In this document: positions 39,555 to 50,328 of the stretch, in pieces
How the letters are laid out: each line of letters opens with the position of its first letter
Numbering within the stretch: position 1 is the stretch's first letter
From: a virus
IMG/VR virus record: IMGVR_UViG_3300026488_000013
Span: 103,051 to 167,050 of that record
Reading direction: 5' to 3' (one strand)
Length of the DNA stretch: 64,000 nucleotides
Translations under genes and position numbers: made by a program
The notes under the pieces: model-generated
Told to the model about the DNA's origin: nothing
Seen by the model: only the letters and a program-made list of their open reading frames with translations
The model's database searches: none

Positions 39555-39919
39555 GATTATACCTCCTTATTTTTTTAGAACATATCAAAATGCACTTAGT
39601 ATTTTAAAATTTAACGAAAAAAATATATATTTTCCATTTTTTAAAGATTGTCAAAATATACTTAACATCTCAAACTTAAAAAATAGATTTATCTTTTTAT
39701 TTTTTAAACCTCATAATATAATATTATATTATCCGTAATCGTTTTTTTCCTTCGTCGGATTTTAGATATTTAACATAACATATGTTAATTACTTTATATT
39801 TTTTTCTATGAGTATCGCCCATTAATGTTATCATTTCATTTACCTTTTTATTTGGAAAAATCCTCGGTAAACTTTAATTCCCTTTTATCGAACGGATTTT
39901 CTGCGGCTGGTTGACTCAT

Positions 39920-40759
39920 TTATACGAACCCCATGTCGTCTTCATAAGAAGATATGTTTCCAAAATCATATATTGCAATTTCATAATCAAAAATCGTTTT
40001 ATATATTTGCTTACTATTAAAATTGAAACATAGCATCAGCGTCTCATTTTCTTTATTATATTCTGTGAATATATTTATACGCTCGGTTTTGGAATCGGGA
40101 TATTTGACCTTTAATAAATGAACGTATTCAACAAATGTATATCTATCGGGATTTTGAAAAATAATATTCTCGAGTTTATTTATGTTTGTTGGTAATTCAT
40201 CTTCTAACACTAACAATGCTCCGCCGCTACTAAAAGCTATGGGTTTATAAATATTTCCATTTCTTTCAAAATAAACTCTTAGATATTCCTCATTTTTGTT
40301 AACATTCAAAAACTTACCTAATAGTGTCCCGCTTATTTTATATGTTGGCTCGTTGTTGATAATTTTGAGTATTTCTCTACTTAATTCCCTTTTATTTTCA
40401 AACTCACATTCATCTATTATTGCTGCGGGAGTATTAATTGATAAATTTCCACTTTCAAATATATAAGTGCTATTATCATAAGTTATCATCAGTTCAGAAT
40501 TACCCTCGAATAATTCTTCGGCTTTTCTTAACACACTGATAACATCAACAATATTTATTGTGTGTAGCGTGCCGGTTTTAAATTCGAACACATTTGGAGG
40601 AAATTTAACTACCCGCCCTATTCCAAAATCAGCAATAATATCCTCACCCATTTGTGTAATTGTTAAAACATCATCTTTTTTATATCCAAGATTATTCAAA
40701 ATTTTCCTCAAGTCAGAAATCACAGAATAACTAACTGTAGCAATTACATTCTCTGACAT
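39920..40759 (-). CDS. Probable DNA sliding clamp
   Basis: 279 aa, alpha/beta repeat pattern, near primase and clamp loader; no diagnostic motif. Confidence 0.4.
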   Translation of the reverse strand: MSENVIATVSYSVISDLRKILNNLGYKKDDVLTITQMGEDIIADFGIGRVVKFPPNVFEFKTGTLHTINIVDVISVLRKAEELFEGNSELMITYDNSTYIFESGNLSINTPAAIIDECEFENKRELSREILKIINNEPTYKISGTLLGKFLNVNKNEEYLRVYFERNGNIYKPIAFSSGGALLVLEDELPTNINKLENIIFQNPDRYTFVEYVHLLKVKYPDSKTERINIFTEYNKENETLMLCFNFNSKQIYKTIFDYEIAIYDFGNISSYEDDMGFV

Positions 40760-40775
40760 CTTTCAATACCTCCAT

Positions 40776-40788
40776 AAAACAGTTTTTA
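40776..40788 (-). promoter_or_regulatory. TAAAAACTGTTTT box upstream of SD
   Basis: TAAAAACTGTTTTATGGAGG. Confidence 0.55.
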
Positions 40789-40799
40789 CTTAGATTGCT

Positions 40800-41798
40800 T
40801 CAGATTACAATTTTAAATATTTCCGTATAATTAAATTTATCAATCTCACCATAATCCTTATGAATAGGATTTTTATAAAGAATTATTTCCTTTTTATGTA
40901 TGAAATGAATAACCGAGTATATTTTATCAATTTCGTTTTTCAATCTGTAATAAAGTCTTTTTTCATTTATATCTGAATCAAGAAACAAATGAATTTTTTT
41001 TATTTGGGGATATTTTAAAATAAATTCTCTAACTGCACGCTGATAATATGAACCTGTTAATGCGATATATAATAATCTTTCCTTATAATTTGGAAAAAAT
41101 AAACCTGCCAAATTTATGTTATCAAACGGCCCCTCGGAAATTATCAAATCTGTTATTTCTAATTCATTATTAATTTTTTTAAAAATTAAAAAATATTTTT
41201 CATCGGAAAATTTTTTATAACGAATTTTAATATTTTTATCTAAGTTTCTAAATTGTATTAATCTAAGAAATAATTTCCCATCATTAAAGCTTTTATTGAA
41301 AAAATGAATTTTATTTCTTTCAAAAATAGAAACTCCATAATCTGGAAAGATTTCAGGAATTTTTAAATGAGTTCTTTTTATAACATAATTTATTTCGTTT
41401 AAAAAATTTTCTCTTTTTAATAAAAATAAAAATGGATTATTTTTATTAATTTTCGATAAATCACCTTTTTCATAATTTTTATTTTGGATACTATTTTCAA
41501 CAATAAATTTGGAAGAGAAATTAAGGAAAAGAAATTTTTGGTCGAAATATTTTTGGGGATTAATGTTTAAATATTTGAGAAGATTTATTAGATGGCCTTT
41601 TGCCCCGCAGCGGTGGCAATAAAATAAAAGATTTTCTTTTCCAATATATAAATGTCCCCATTTTGGATTTGGTTTTCGATATGCATCATCACAATATGGG
41701 CAGAATAATTGTATTTCTTTTTCATTTTCCTTTAATAACCCGCCGGTCTTATTTTTCAATTCTTCTTTTAATTCATCTGGAACGGTTACTCCTAGCAT
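40800..41798 (-). CDS. DnaG/gp61-type DNA primase
   Basis: Zn finger CPYC...CHRC; TOPRIM ISEGPFD and LDSD. Confidence 0.85.
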   Translation of the reverse strand: MLGVTVPDELKEELKNKTGGLLKENEKEIQLFCPYCDDAYRKPNPKWGHLYIGKENLLFYCHRCGAKGHLINLLKYLNINPQKYFDQKFLFLNFSSKFIVENSIQNKNYEKGDLSKINKNNPFLFLLKRENFLNEINYVIKRTHLKIPEIFPDYGVSIFERNKIHFFNKSFNDGKLFLRLIQFRNLDKNIKIRYKKFSDEKYFLIFKKINNELEITDLIISEGPFDNINLAGLFFPNYKERLLYIALTGSYYQRAVREFILKYPQIKKIHLFLDSDINEKRLYYRLKNEIDKIYSVIHFIHKKEIILYKNPIHKDYGEIDKFNYTEIFKIVI

Positions 41799-41816
41799 CT
41801 CAGCTCTTCGAAAGTA

Positions 41817-42578
41817 TTAGACTATCCTTAAAACCGTAATCAACAAATCCGCCGCAGTTTTACTTTCCGACACCTCTATTGCTTGTTCCCAATCTCTTAC
41901 ACATTCGATATATGTATTCATCTCATTCATAATATTATCCATATCAATTTTATCTTTATCACTCAAATTAGCCTCTTTTTTCTCCTTTAAAAATTCCAAC
42001 AATCTTTCCATTCTGATTCTCGTGGCAACAAAATAATTCTTAAAAAATTCTTTTATTTGATTATACTTATCCTTCTTGTATAATTTTAGAATTTTATCCG
42101 CAATTCTCACCGGCCCCTTTTTATCATCATAGTTGTAAAAAAATTCTTCCACCATCCGCCGCCCTTCATACCCAAAAAACATATTGTAAAACACACTAAA
42201 TCTACTATAAATAGTATCGAAATCCGAATTATTCTTCCCTTTGTAAAAGTCCACATTTAAATATGGAATAATACATTCATCATATATTTCGCACAATTTA
42301 GAATAATACAATCCTTTCAATCCACTTTCCCAAAAATCTTTAAAATTCTCTTCAAAATATTGCGGCGCTATTAAATAAAAAAATTCTAAATCCGTTCCAT
42401 ATAAAATTTGTTCTTTTATTAAATTAAACGATTCTCTAATTTCATCTTCCAAATTCTGTAATGTATCTAAAATATCTAATTCATTAGAACTTATTTCCGC
42501 ATCTTTAATATCTTGCCACGATTTTAATTCATTTAAATTTTGTATCATACTTATTCCTCCTTTTAATATTTTTCTCAA
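41817..42578 (-). CDS. Hypothetical protein
   Basis: ORF with GGAGG SD before MIQNL (~42548). Confidence 0.65.
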   Translation of the reverse strand: MRKILKGGISMIQNLNELKSWQDIKDAEISSNELDILDTLQNLEDEIRESFNLIKEQILYGTDLEFFYLIAPQYFEENFKDFWESGLKGLYYSKLCEIYDECIIPYLNVDFYKGKNNSDFDTIYSRFSVFYNMFFGYEGRRMVEEFFYNYDDKKGPVRIADKILKLYKKDKYNQIKEFFKNYFVATRIRMERLLEFLKEKKEANLSDKDKIDMDNIMNEMNTYIECVRDWEQAIEVSESKTAADLLITVLRIV

Positions 42579-42879
42579 TTAAAAAATTTTAATTAAAATT
42601 TTTAATTGCACATTTTAATAGTTATATTATTAAACCCATAATAAAATTTATCATATTTTAAAAAAAAATTGTTAAATAAATTTATTTCAAAAATTAATCT
42701 AATAAAATAATTTAATTTAAAATTTATTCTTCAATATTTTTTTCATCTTTATTTTTTCTTTATATAAGAAAAAAATTTTCTTTTTCTTTTCATTTTCAAA
42801 ATTTTGGAATAAATTTTTACTTATTTTTTAATTCAAAAATTTATAATAAAAATTTACTTTTTTAGTTAAAAATGAAAGA

Positions 42880-43916
42880 TATAATTCTTACATAACTCTT
42901 AAATAATTGTTCTTTCAAAAATTAATTTGTTTCATAAATGTGTATCTTATATACTAGGTATTTCTTTTATTTATGTATTTATCCGATAAATGTATAGTTT
43001 TATTTGTTTTAGATATTAAACAAAATTTGTTGTTAGTTTCTTCTTTTTCCAATTTAAAATAAAAGCTAAAAATCGTTCTTTGAAAATTAATTGTAATGTT
43101 ATATATACTATTTTCTTTTATAGAAATTATACCCAAAGGAAATATACTAATATTTGTGAACGAAATAAATTTTGTTTGTATGCACGTATCAAGTTAATAA
43201 AGCAGGGATTTCTTCAACATTTTTGATATTATGGTTTAAATTTTTGGGATGTAGCCAGGATTTTTAAGGATAATTTTTTTCAAAATAGAAAATAATTTAA
43301 GTTTTGAATTTTCCCCATTTTTTTTAATTTTATTAAACATTAAAAATAGATGAAATAATTTTCCTTATATTAATTCTTTAAAAAAATTGGAGACAAAATT
43401 CAATTTATTAAAAATGTTTATTATATCCTTATTAATTGAATAAAATTATCTTACTGATAAATAATTAATTTTATATACAGTTTCTCTTTTATAGTAGTTA
43501 TACCTAGTAAATGTGTAGTTAAATTTGTAATTACAACAAATTTTATTTGGATACATTAAGTTCCATGGATTTTAAAATAGCTTTATCTTTTTTAATTCTT
43601 AATCTATTAAATCCTTTAAAAATTTATTTAAACCTTCCAATATAAAAACTTTTTTATTTTTAATTTTCAAAAATTAATTTAAATCTTATATTAAAGAATT
43701 ATAATGGTAAAAATAGTTTTATTTTATTTTCTAATGGAATAAAATTAAAAAAATTTTTAAATTCTGAAATTCTGAAATAAAATTTAAAATTAAATTATCG
43801 GAGTTATTAGAATTATTTTTATTATAGAAATGAATTTGTCTCATTAATAAATAGCTCACTATACTCTGTATCTTCTTTTATAGTAATAATACCCGGTGGA
43901 AGTATATAATTATTTG
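42880..43916. repeat. Repeat cluster: long copy 3 (42880..43007) plus 43-bp cores at 43114..43156, 43485..43527 and 43874..43916
   Basis: TCTTTTATAG.A.T.ATACC.......T.TA....ATTTG, same orientation, in a 1.4-kb extremely AT-rich gap. Confidence 0.8.
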
Positions 43917-43979
43917 AAAAAATAAAATATTATTTGTGATAAAAAAAATAATGAAAAATAAAAAAAGAAAAAATGAAAC

Positions 43980-46900
43980 TTAAATTCCTGGGTCTAATCC
44001 TAAGGAATACATGACTGCTCTAAATAACTCTTTGGAACCGGTATCTCCTCTTGGATATGTTTCGGGGCCTTTTCCATTATTTACTATGTATGAGTAAACA
44101 TAATTTTTAGCAATGTGGTCGTCCGCCTGAACAGTCAAGAATTCTTTCAACACTTCCGAATCATCGCCTAATCTGTTTAATAATGCTTGGATGGTTAATG
44201 TATCCAACGATTGTGAAGCTTTTTCACCTTCCTTGGATTCACCTTTCACACCCTGTCCGATTATGTTATACTTACCTCTAGAACGAAAACCCATCATAAT
44301 ATCCGGCATATGTTCCAATATTGTTACATATGCAAATCCAACAGCTATGGGTCTTTCGGTAAAAGCTTTTAGGGAAGGTATATATATCCTCTCCAAGAAA
44401 GGAATATTCAAAATATTTTCCATTGTAAACCTAATGTCTTCTTCTTTTATTTCACTGAAAGGCACCGCTATCCAAATAAAAACAGGGTCATGTTTTGGGT
44501 CTTTAATAGATTTACATATTTGCCTAAATTCTTCATCTGGTATATTAACTACACTGTCGATTATATTTTTAACAACTTTCTTACTCTCATCTGTTTCAGG
44601 AATTGACCTAACAAGATTAGAATATACGTCAATTACCAATTTTTTAATATCTTTGGTTTTTTCATTATTTTCAACCATTTCTTTAACTCTTTTATTAAGG
44701 AAATACATTATTTTGCCAATTTGTATTTCTTTGAAGAAATTAGCATTTTTACGTCCAATATTGGATAGTGGATTGTGTATCCAATCTATTTCAATTTTCG
44801 TTATTTCTGAAATAGGTTTTTCATCTAGTTCTATTATTCCGGTATCGACACCTTTATTACCGCCACGGAATACAAATTTATCGCCCTTACTGGGTTCTCT
44901 ATCTGCTTCAATTAAAAACATAATAAGTGCGCCCTTAAATTCATTTCCCTTCCAAGTATGCCCGCCTTTGACAAACATAGATGTATCGATAGTATCTTCA
45001 AATGAATAATCATCTTCCCCGTTAATTTGTTTTGCTAAATCAATTATACCTTTATATTTATTCACCATTCTTTTCCAGACCGTTTCTATAGTTTTAGGAG
45101 CTTTACCATTTATGTAAATTCTAACTTCTTTTAAAACTCCATCTGCCGGTGAACGAATAGCAATTCCATCTGATTCTTTAAATATACCTTGTTCGTTTGC
45201 CATAAACTCAATATCTTCAACAGATGCGGCCTTTTCTTCAGGCATTAAACCATTTTGTTCAAGATATTCTTCCAATGTATCGTTATACTTAAATTTCAAT
45301 AAAATATCTCCGAATTTAACAGGTGTATTTTCTTCATAAACAAATTTATCTACTATTGCGTCTGGTGGCACAATAACAATTACTTCTTTATATCGTTTGT
45401 GCTTAAAACTGTTTAATGCATCTTTTGATGCCGCCCATCCATCTTCATAAACTTCACCTCTGTAAGTGAATAACGCAACCGAAACGTTTTTTCCATATGC
45501 ATAAATTCCCTTTCTTAATTGTTGTGATGCTGCAAGAATCTGCCCCTTTTCAATTTTATCACCTACCTTAACGGTAGGTTCTAATTTAACAGGCATAAAA
45601 ATACCACGTTTAATTCTAGCCAATCTGGGCATTATATTATATATCTTTCTAGTTCCGTCTTCGTATTTAACTACTATATATTTACCCTCTTTAATATCTT
45701 CAACAACACCATTCTTTTCTGCTCTAATTGCAAATCTTTGAGAAACAATCTGTGGTATCAAAAATTCCGAACCCGACGCAACCAGCGGAATATCAGGATT
45801 TTCTATTGGGATAGTTTGTCTCAATTGTTGTGCCATTTTAATTGTTCTATCGTGGTCAATAGATTGGATATATGGGGCCAAAGATTCTCCTATACCCAAA
45901 GTTTCGTATCCTTTTATATTCGATAAGTCATATTTAGATAAGAAGAATCCATATTTATCAGAAATCAACGCCGTCCAGGTTAATTGGTTATTTGAACCTA
46001 CATTAGAATATTCATTGGTATCTAATGCAGATATATTCTGAAAATGTGCGGTTACATGTTTACCAGTTTTAGGGTCTTTTTCAAAAGGTATAAGTCTATG
46101 TTTCAAAGATAGTGCATCATTAGGAAGTCCACCTATTCCTTTGGGTGTTATTCTCGTAGACACATTAAGTTCATCAATAGGATTAACAGGTTCAGTGTAT
46201 TGTAATAAAGATTCACCTAACAATAGTTGTTGAATAACATAATCTGGATTAATATAGTATTTATCCATGTATTTTTCATCAATTTTACCGGATTCTTTTA
46301 ATCCTAAGGCTCTTTTTTCCAATTCATGTTTTGCCTGAGCAATCTGTTTGTATAATATATGCAATACAACTTCGGATAACCTTGTTCTATGTATTCTTAA
46401 ATCGGTGGGTTTATATACTTTTGAGTTAAATAAAGCTGTTAGCAGTTCATTTGTTAGAATGTTAAAGTAGTTTGTCGATTTCCCCTCAGCTTTCAGTATT
46501 TCCTTTGTAACAGGGTCAATCATATATCTTCTAAACAACAAATTAATTCTTGCTGCACCATTTCCGAATAATTTATCCATCCATTCATCCCTTATCTTTT
46601 GATTATTTTCAAATTCTTCAAACTTATATTTGTCTAAATATAAATTATTCACAGCAAATATACCGTTAACAATGTATTCCTCTTTTATGTTATCGGGGTA
46701 AAGATTAAGATATTTATTGTTAGACAACGCAATTGTTGTATATGCGTTTTTGTCGGGAGAATCTGATATTTCATATTCAATCCCTAATTTCTCTAAGGAT
46801 TTTATTATTCCAAAATTACCAAATAAAAACAGAATATATGGCATTTTGAAACCACCGAGATAAATTTCAACATACGGCAATTTGGAAGTTGTAGATAATT

Positions 46901-48788
46901 TATCATTCGGGTTGATTTTTCTTATTAATTTGGTTAAGTAGTTAATCAAATATTCATTTATTTTTTCTTTAAGTTCGGTTTCTTCACCAGAAGTTTTATC
47001 TTTTAAAATAACCGCATCCTTATTAGCATCATAAATGACCTCTTTATCATCACATTCCAAAACTAGGAATTTTGCACTGCCGATAGGATTAAATCCATAT
47101 AATTTACATCCGTCGATAAATTCTACATTATATTTAATGGGTGCCAGGTATTCCGCAATTTCCTCTGGATGTTCTATTTCTTCGATATTTTTAATCAATT
47201 TAGGATACTTTTGATGAATATAATCTATCAACGAATTAATATCATTGAGAGATAATTTATAGTTCTTAAGATTTAAGGTTACGATAGCATAATATGTTAA
47301 CAATCTTGCTTTATTTTTATCTGTAACGGTAATTGGCTTTAGAAATCTTTGATTAGCTAAAACATAAGTCTTTCCATTCAATTTGAAATATCTTTGGTTA
47401 ATAAGAGCGGGGATTTTTATCTGCAAGTCATATGATTCGCCGGTTTTTTCATTTTCCACAGTTACTGTATATAGCCAAAATCTGTTTAGTTTGTCATCGA
47501 TAAGTTCTCTTTTAATGTTCTTAATTCTTTTCTTAAGAGGAACAGTATCTGGAATATCTTCTAAAGATTTTAGCAGTGTTCTAATATATGTATCTATTCT
47601 TTCGCCAAACTCTTTTTCATGTAGATTTGTAATAGTAGATTTTAAAGATAAAACTTTATCAGGATTATATATTGTTTGAAATCTTTTATCTACGGGTTTG
47701 GGAATTATTTCTTCATAAACGATAATATGCCGGCGCAAAATTTCAAAAATATCCTCGGGAGTTAATTTATCCAAATTAACATTTATTAAATTTAATTTTT
47801 CTTTCAAAATTTCGTTTAATAATTTATAAGATTTTTCCTTATCAATTATTTTAATTTGTTTTTCTTCCACATAGTCTTTTGTCAATTCTTTAATAAAATT
47901 TTCTATTTTGTTGTGTTCCTCAGCATTAATTGTATTTTCAATTTTACTTAAAATATTCACTTTAAACGCTTTTATTAGCGTATTCACTTGTTCGTCTAAT
48001 TCATTGTCGGTTAATATTTTTGCGGCGGTTATGTTTAATTCGTTGATTAACTCTTTAGAATATTTCAAAATGTCTAATAACGAATATTTGTTTACTACAA
48101 ATTTACCATTTACAGAATTAGCAAAGATGCTATATATTGCCCTGCTTGAAAATGGGACAACATAATAAATATTGTTTTCAAAATTATCAATACCTTCCAA
48201 TTCGTAAGATTTGGATTTTATCCAAGGTATGAAACTATTTTTAATAAACTCTAAATCTTTGTCATTGTGAGGATTTATTACCAGTATCGGAACAATATCA
48301 ATAGGAGTGTTTATTTTATTTTCTTTATAAAGTTTGTCAAAATATTCTTTTGCATTTTTTAATTCCTGAATAAATATTTCATACCAAATATCCCAGAATT
48401 TTTCTCTACTCTCTTCATATTTTTTAAATACTGGCGAAAGCTGATAATAAATCGGAAATAAATCAACTATTAGGTTTTTAAAGAATGTTATATTATTAAT
48501 TGCCCTTATGGGTTTTATAAGTTTTAACCATCTGTTAGTTTTGTATTGTGAAACTAACTCTTCATATGTTTGAAGAGTATTTATTTTGACACCATAAATG
48601 TTCTTATTATGAATGGGGACATAAAGTTTATCGAATTGGGTTTTAAGGATATTTAATCTGGGAAGTAGTTCGTATGCTGTAGAATTATATTGAGGAAATA
48701 ATGGAAATAAAATAATTACGGCGGGAGGTTTTACTGTAAGAAGAGATACTTTTTTATTAGGAGAATTTATTTTTCTTATATCTATCAT
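43980..48788 (-). CDS. RNA polymerase beta-like subunit (unsplit, long N-terminal extension)
   Basis: 1602 aa; FKLNGKTY, NPIDEL..STRIT, DTNE, DHDRT.KMAQQLRQ, VYEDG, GDKFVFRGGNKG, NPLSNIGR, LEH.P, RSRG. Confidence 0.88.
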   Translation of the reverse strand: MIDIRKINSPNKKVSLLTVKPPAVIILFPLFPQYNSTAYELLPRLNILKTQFDKLYVPIHNKNIYGVKINTLQTYEELVSQYKTNRWLKLIKPIRAINNITFFKNLIVDLFPIYYQLSPVFKKYEESREKFWDIWYEIFIQELKNAKEYFDKLYKENKINTPIDIVPILVINPHNDKDLEFIKNSFIPWIKSKSYELEGIDNFENNIYYVVPFSSRAIYSIFANSVNGKFVVNKYSLLDILKYSKELINELNITAAKILTDNELDEQVNTLIKAFKVNILSKIENTINAEEHNKIENFIKELTKDYVEEKQIKIIDKEKSYKLLNEILKEKLNLINVNLDKLTPEDIFEILRRHIIVYEEIIPKPVDKRFQTIYNPDKVLSLKSTITNLHEKEFGERIDTYIRTLLKSLEDIPDTVPLKKRIKNIKRELIDDKLNRFWLYTVTVENEKTGESYDLQIKIPALINQRYFKLNGKTYVLANQRFLKPITVTDKNKARLLTYYAIVTLNLKNYKLSLNDINSLIDYIHQKYPKLIKNIEEIEHPEEIAEYLAPIKYNVEFIDGCKLYGFNPIGSAKFLVLECDDKEVIYDANKDAVILKDKTSGEETELKEKINEYLINYLTKLIRKINPNDKLSTTSKLPYVEIYLGGFKMPYILFLFGNFGIIKSLEKLGIEYEISDSPDKNAYTTIALSNNKYLNLYPDNIKEEYIVNGIFAVNNLYLDKYKFEEFENNQKIRDEWMDKLFGNGAARINLLFRRYMIDPVTKEILKAEGKSTNYFNILTNELLTALFNSKVYKPTDLRIHRTRLSEVVLHILYKQIAQAKHELEKRALGLKESGKIDEKYMDKYYINPDYVIQQLLLGESLLQYTEPVNPIDELNVSTRITPKGIGGLPNDALSLKHRLIPFEKDPKTGKHVTAHFQNISALDTNEYSNVGSNNQLTWTALISDKYGFFLSKYDLSNIKGYETLGIGESLAPYIQSIDHDRTIKMAQQLRQTIPIENPDIPLVASGSEFLIPQIVSQRFAIRAEKNGVVEDIKEGKYIVVKYEDGTRKIYNIMPRLARIKRGIFMPVKLEPTVKVGDKIEKGQILAASQQLRKGIYAYGKNVSVALFTYRGEVYEDGWAASKDALNSFKHKRYKEVIVIVPPDAIVDKFVYEENTPVKFGDILLKFKYNDTLEEYLEQNGLMPEEKAASVEDIEFMANEQGIFKESDGIAIRSPADGVLKEVRIYINGKAPKTIETVWKRMVNKYKGIIDLAKQINGEDDYSFEDTIDTSMFVKGGHTWKGNEFKGALIMFLIEADREPSKGDKFVFRGGNKGVDTGIIELDEKPISEITKIEIDWIHNPLSNIGRKNANFFKEIQIGKIMYFLNKRVKEMVENNEKTKDIKKLVIDVYSNLVRSIPETDESKKVVKNIIDSVVNIPDEEFRQICKSIKDPKHDPVFIWIAVPFSEIKEEDIRFTMENILNIPFLERIYIPSLKAFTERPIAVGFAYVTILEHMPDIMMGFRSRGKYNIIGQGVKGESKEGEKASQSLDTLTIQALLNRLGDDSEVLKEFLTVQADDHIAKNYVYSYIVNNGKGPETYPRGDTGSKELFRAVMYSLGLDPGI

Positions 48789-48850
48789 TTTTTTAAAAAT
48801 ACCTCACTTGGGTTTGGATTTTGTTGTAGAAAGAATACGAAAGAATAAAA

Positions 48851-49519
48851 TTAATATTTTAAAATAAGCTTTTCAAAAGGCGTCATTTTAAGTGGGACTT
48901 TGTTTACCAATGCTTCTTTCACTGCTAAATTCCCTCTTTCGAATGCCATGCCCAATAACCATGATATTTTTCTAGGTAATTGTGATACCCCGACGAACTC
49001 GCAATTTTTATATTCGCATAATCTACAGGGTTTTGATACGTCATTTTTACATCTAAATACCTGTTGAACCATAACCTCAAAATGAACCAAATCAATAGAG
49101 TAATTTAATAATTCTGCAAGGGCTATGACCATTTGTTCGGGAGTTTTTAGAAATTTTGCATTTCCATCCAAAATGCGGCGGAATGTATTAAAATTAGTAG
49201 AGGAACTCTTAATTTTCTGTTTAATAATAGTTTCGCCGGGTTGATATTCTAAAATTATTTCGGATTTATTTTCATCAATATTAGTCGGTTTTATTAGATT
49301 AATATCGAACATGAAAGGAAGGTTTATTATTTTGTCATCATCTGGAAAATATATTTGAATGATTCCCGGAACTTTATAAAATTCCGAAAATTCCTCTATT
49401 TCATCTTTATAATCTTTTTTATTAAGGATTACTACTGCTCTGCGTTTCGCTTTAATTTCTTCCTTAGATATATCTAAGTAATTTTTAATTTCATCTAATT
49501 TTTTTAATTCCACTGACAT
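48851..49519 (-). CDS. RNA polymerase beta'-like subunit, extreme C-terminal fragment
   Basis: DLVHFEVMVQQVFR, SWLLGMAFER...KEAL (cf. HIEVIVRQM, SFISAASFQET). Confidence 0.75.
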   Translation of the reverse strand: MSVELKKLDEIKNYLDISKEEIKAKRRAVVILNKKDYKDEIEEFSEFYKVPGIIQIYFPDDDKIINLPFMFDINLIKPTNIDENKSEIILEYQPGETIIKQKIKSSSTNFNTFRRILDGNAKFLKTPEQMVIALAELLNYSIDLVHFEVMVQQVFRCKNDVSKPCRLCEYKNCEFVGVSQLPRKISWLLGMAFERGNLAVKEALVNKVPLKMTPFEKLILKY

Positions 49520-49722
49520 TTTTAAATTCTTCCTGATTTTTTTTATATTTAATATGATTATTTATGGAAATAAATTATTGTTATGGAAAATGGTTGGGCT
49601 TTTTGTGCGTTTTGTGCAGATAATAATTTTTCAATACGGTATAAAAATAATAAAAATAAAAATTATAAAATTATAAAATTAAATATTAATGGAGACACTT
49701 TATTATCTTTTATCTTTTATTT

Positions 49723-50286
49723 TTATTGTTCATCTTTCTTGATTCCAGCATCAAATTTTTTCTCAAGAGATAACATTATTTGTTTAAATTCTTCACTCTG
49801 TTCCATATACTGCATAATTTTAAATACTTTTCTTAAAGTATTTAAATCGTCTAAGACTAACCAAATTGTTCTTTGAACAAAATTGGCAGCGTGAATAGGG
49901 TCTGTAAACAATCCTTTAGAAATAAGTTTAGGATATGAAACCATATACATTAGCCTTATAACTTCCCACGCTGGAACCAAATGGTCATTTTTTATTTGAT
50001 TTTTAATATCTTTCATCACCTTATATAAAGTTATAAAATCTTTTACATTGTAAGTGCGTGCAAATTTAGTTAATGTCCCATCTTTGTTCCAAATTATTTC
50101 CCAAAGTGTGTGATAAATCCTGAAAAACAACTTAGGGTCTATTCCTACCGCTTTTGTAAAATCTGCAATAGAAGATTTGATTGTGAGTGCCTTTGCTTGA
50201 GAAATATCTTGGTTTTCCACACTTTCAACAATAGGATATTCTACAAAACTTTCGTAAAGTAGACTTCTAATTTTATCTAATTGCAT
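49723..50286 (-). CDS. Hypothetical (possible virion) protein
   Basis: 187 aa, AGGAGG SD. Confidence 0.6.
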   Translation of the reverse strand: MQLDKIRSLLYESFVEYPIVESVENQDISQAKALTIKSSIADFTKAVGIDPKLFFRIYHTLWEIIWNKDGTLTKFARTYNVKDFITLYKVMKDIKNQIKNDHLVPAWEVIRLMYMVSYPKLISKGLFTDPIHAANFVQRTIWLVLDDLNTLRKVFKIMQYMEQSEEFKQIMLSLEKKFDAGIKKDEQ

Positions 50287-50328
50287 TATTAATAAACCTC
50301 CTTTCTTTTTTTAAAAAATTGCAGAAAT

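Noticed and set aside
39570-39720. Imperfect ~65-bp tandem repeat (TCAAAAT..ACTTA..AT.T.AAA.TTAA) upstream of 38001..39554
   Set aside because: Only two weak copies in very AT-rich DNA; cannot be distinguished from chance by eye.
42880-43916. CRISPR array interpretation of the repeated cores
   Set aside because: Repeats are degenerate, spacing is 150-390 bp and irregular, and no cas genes are present.
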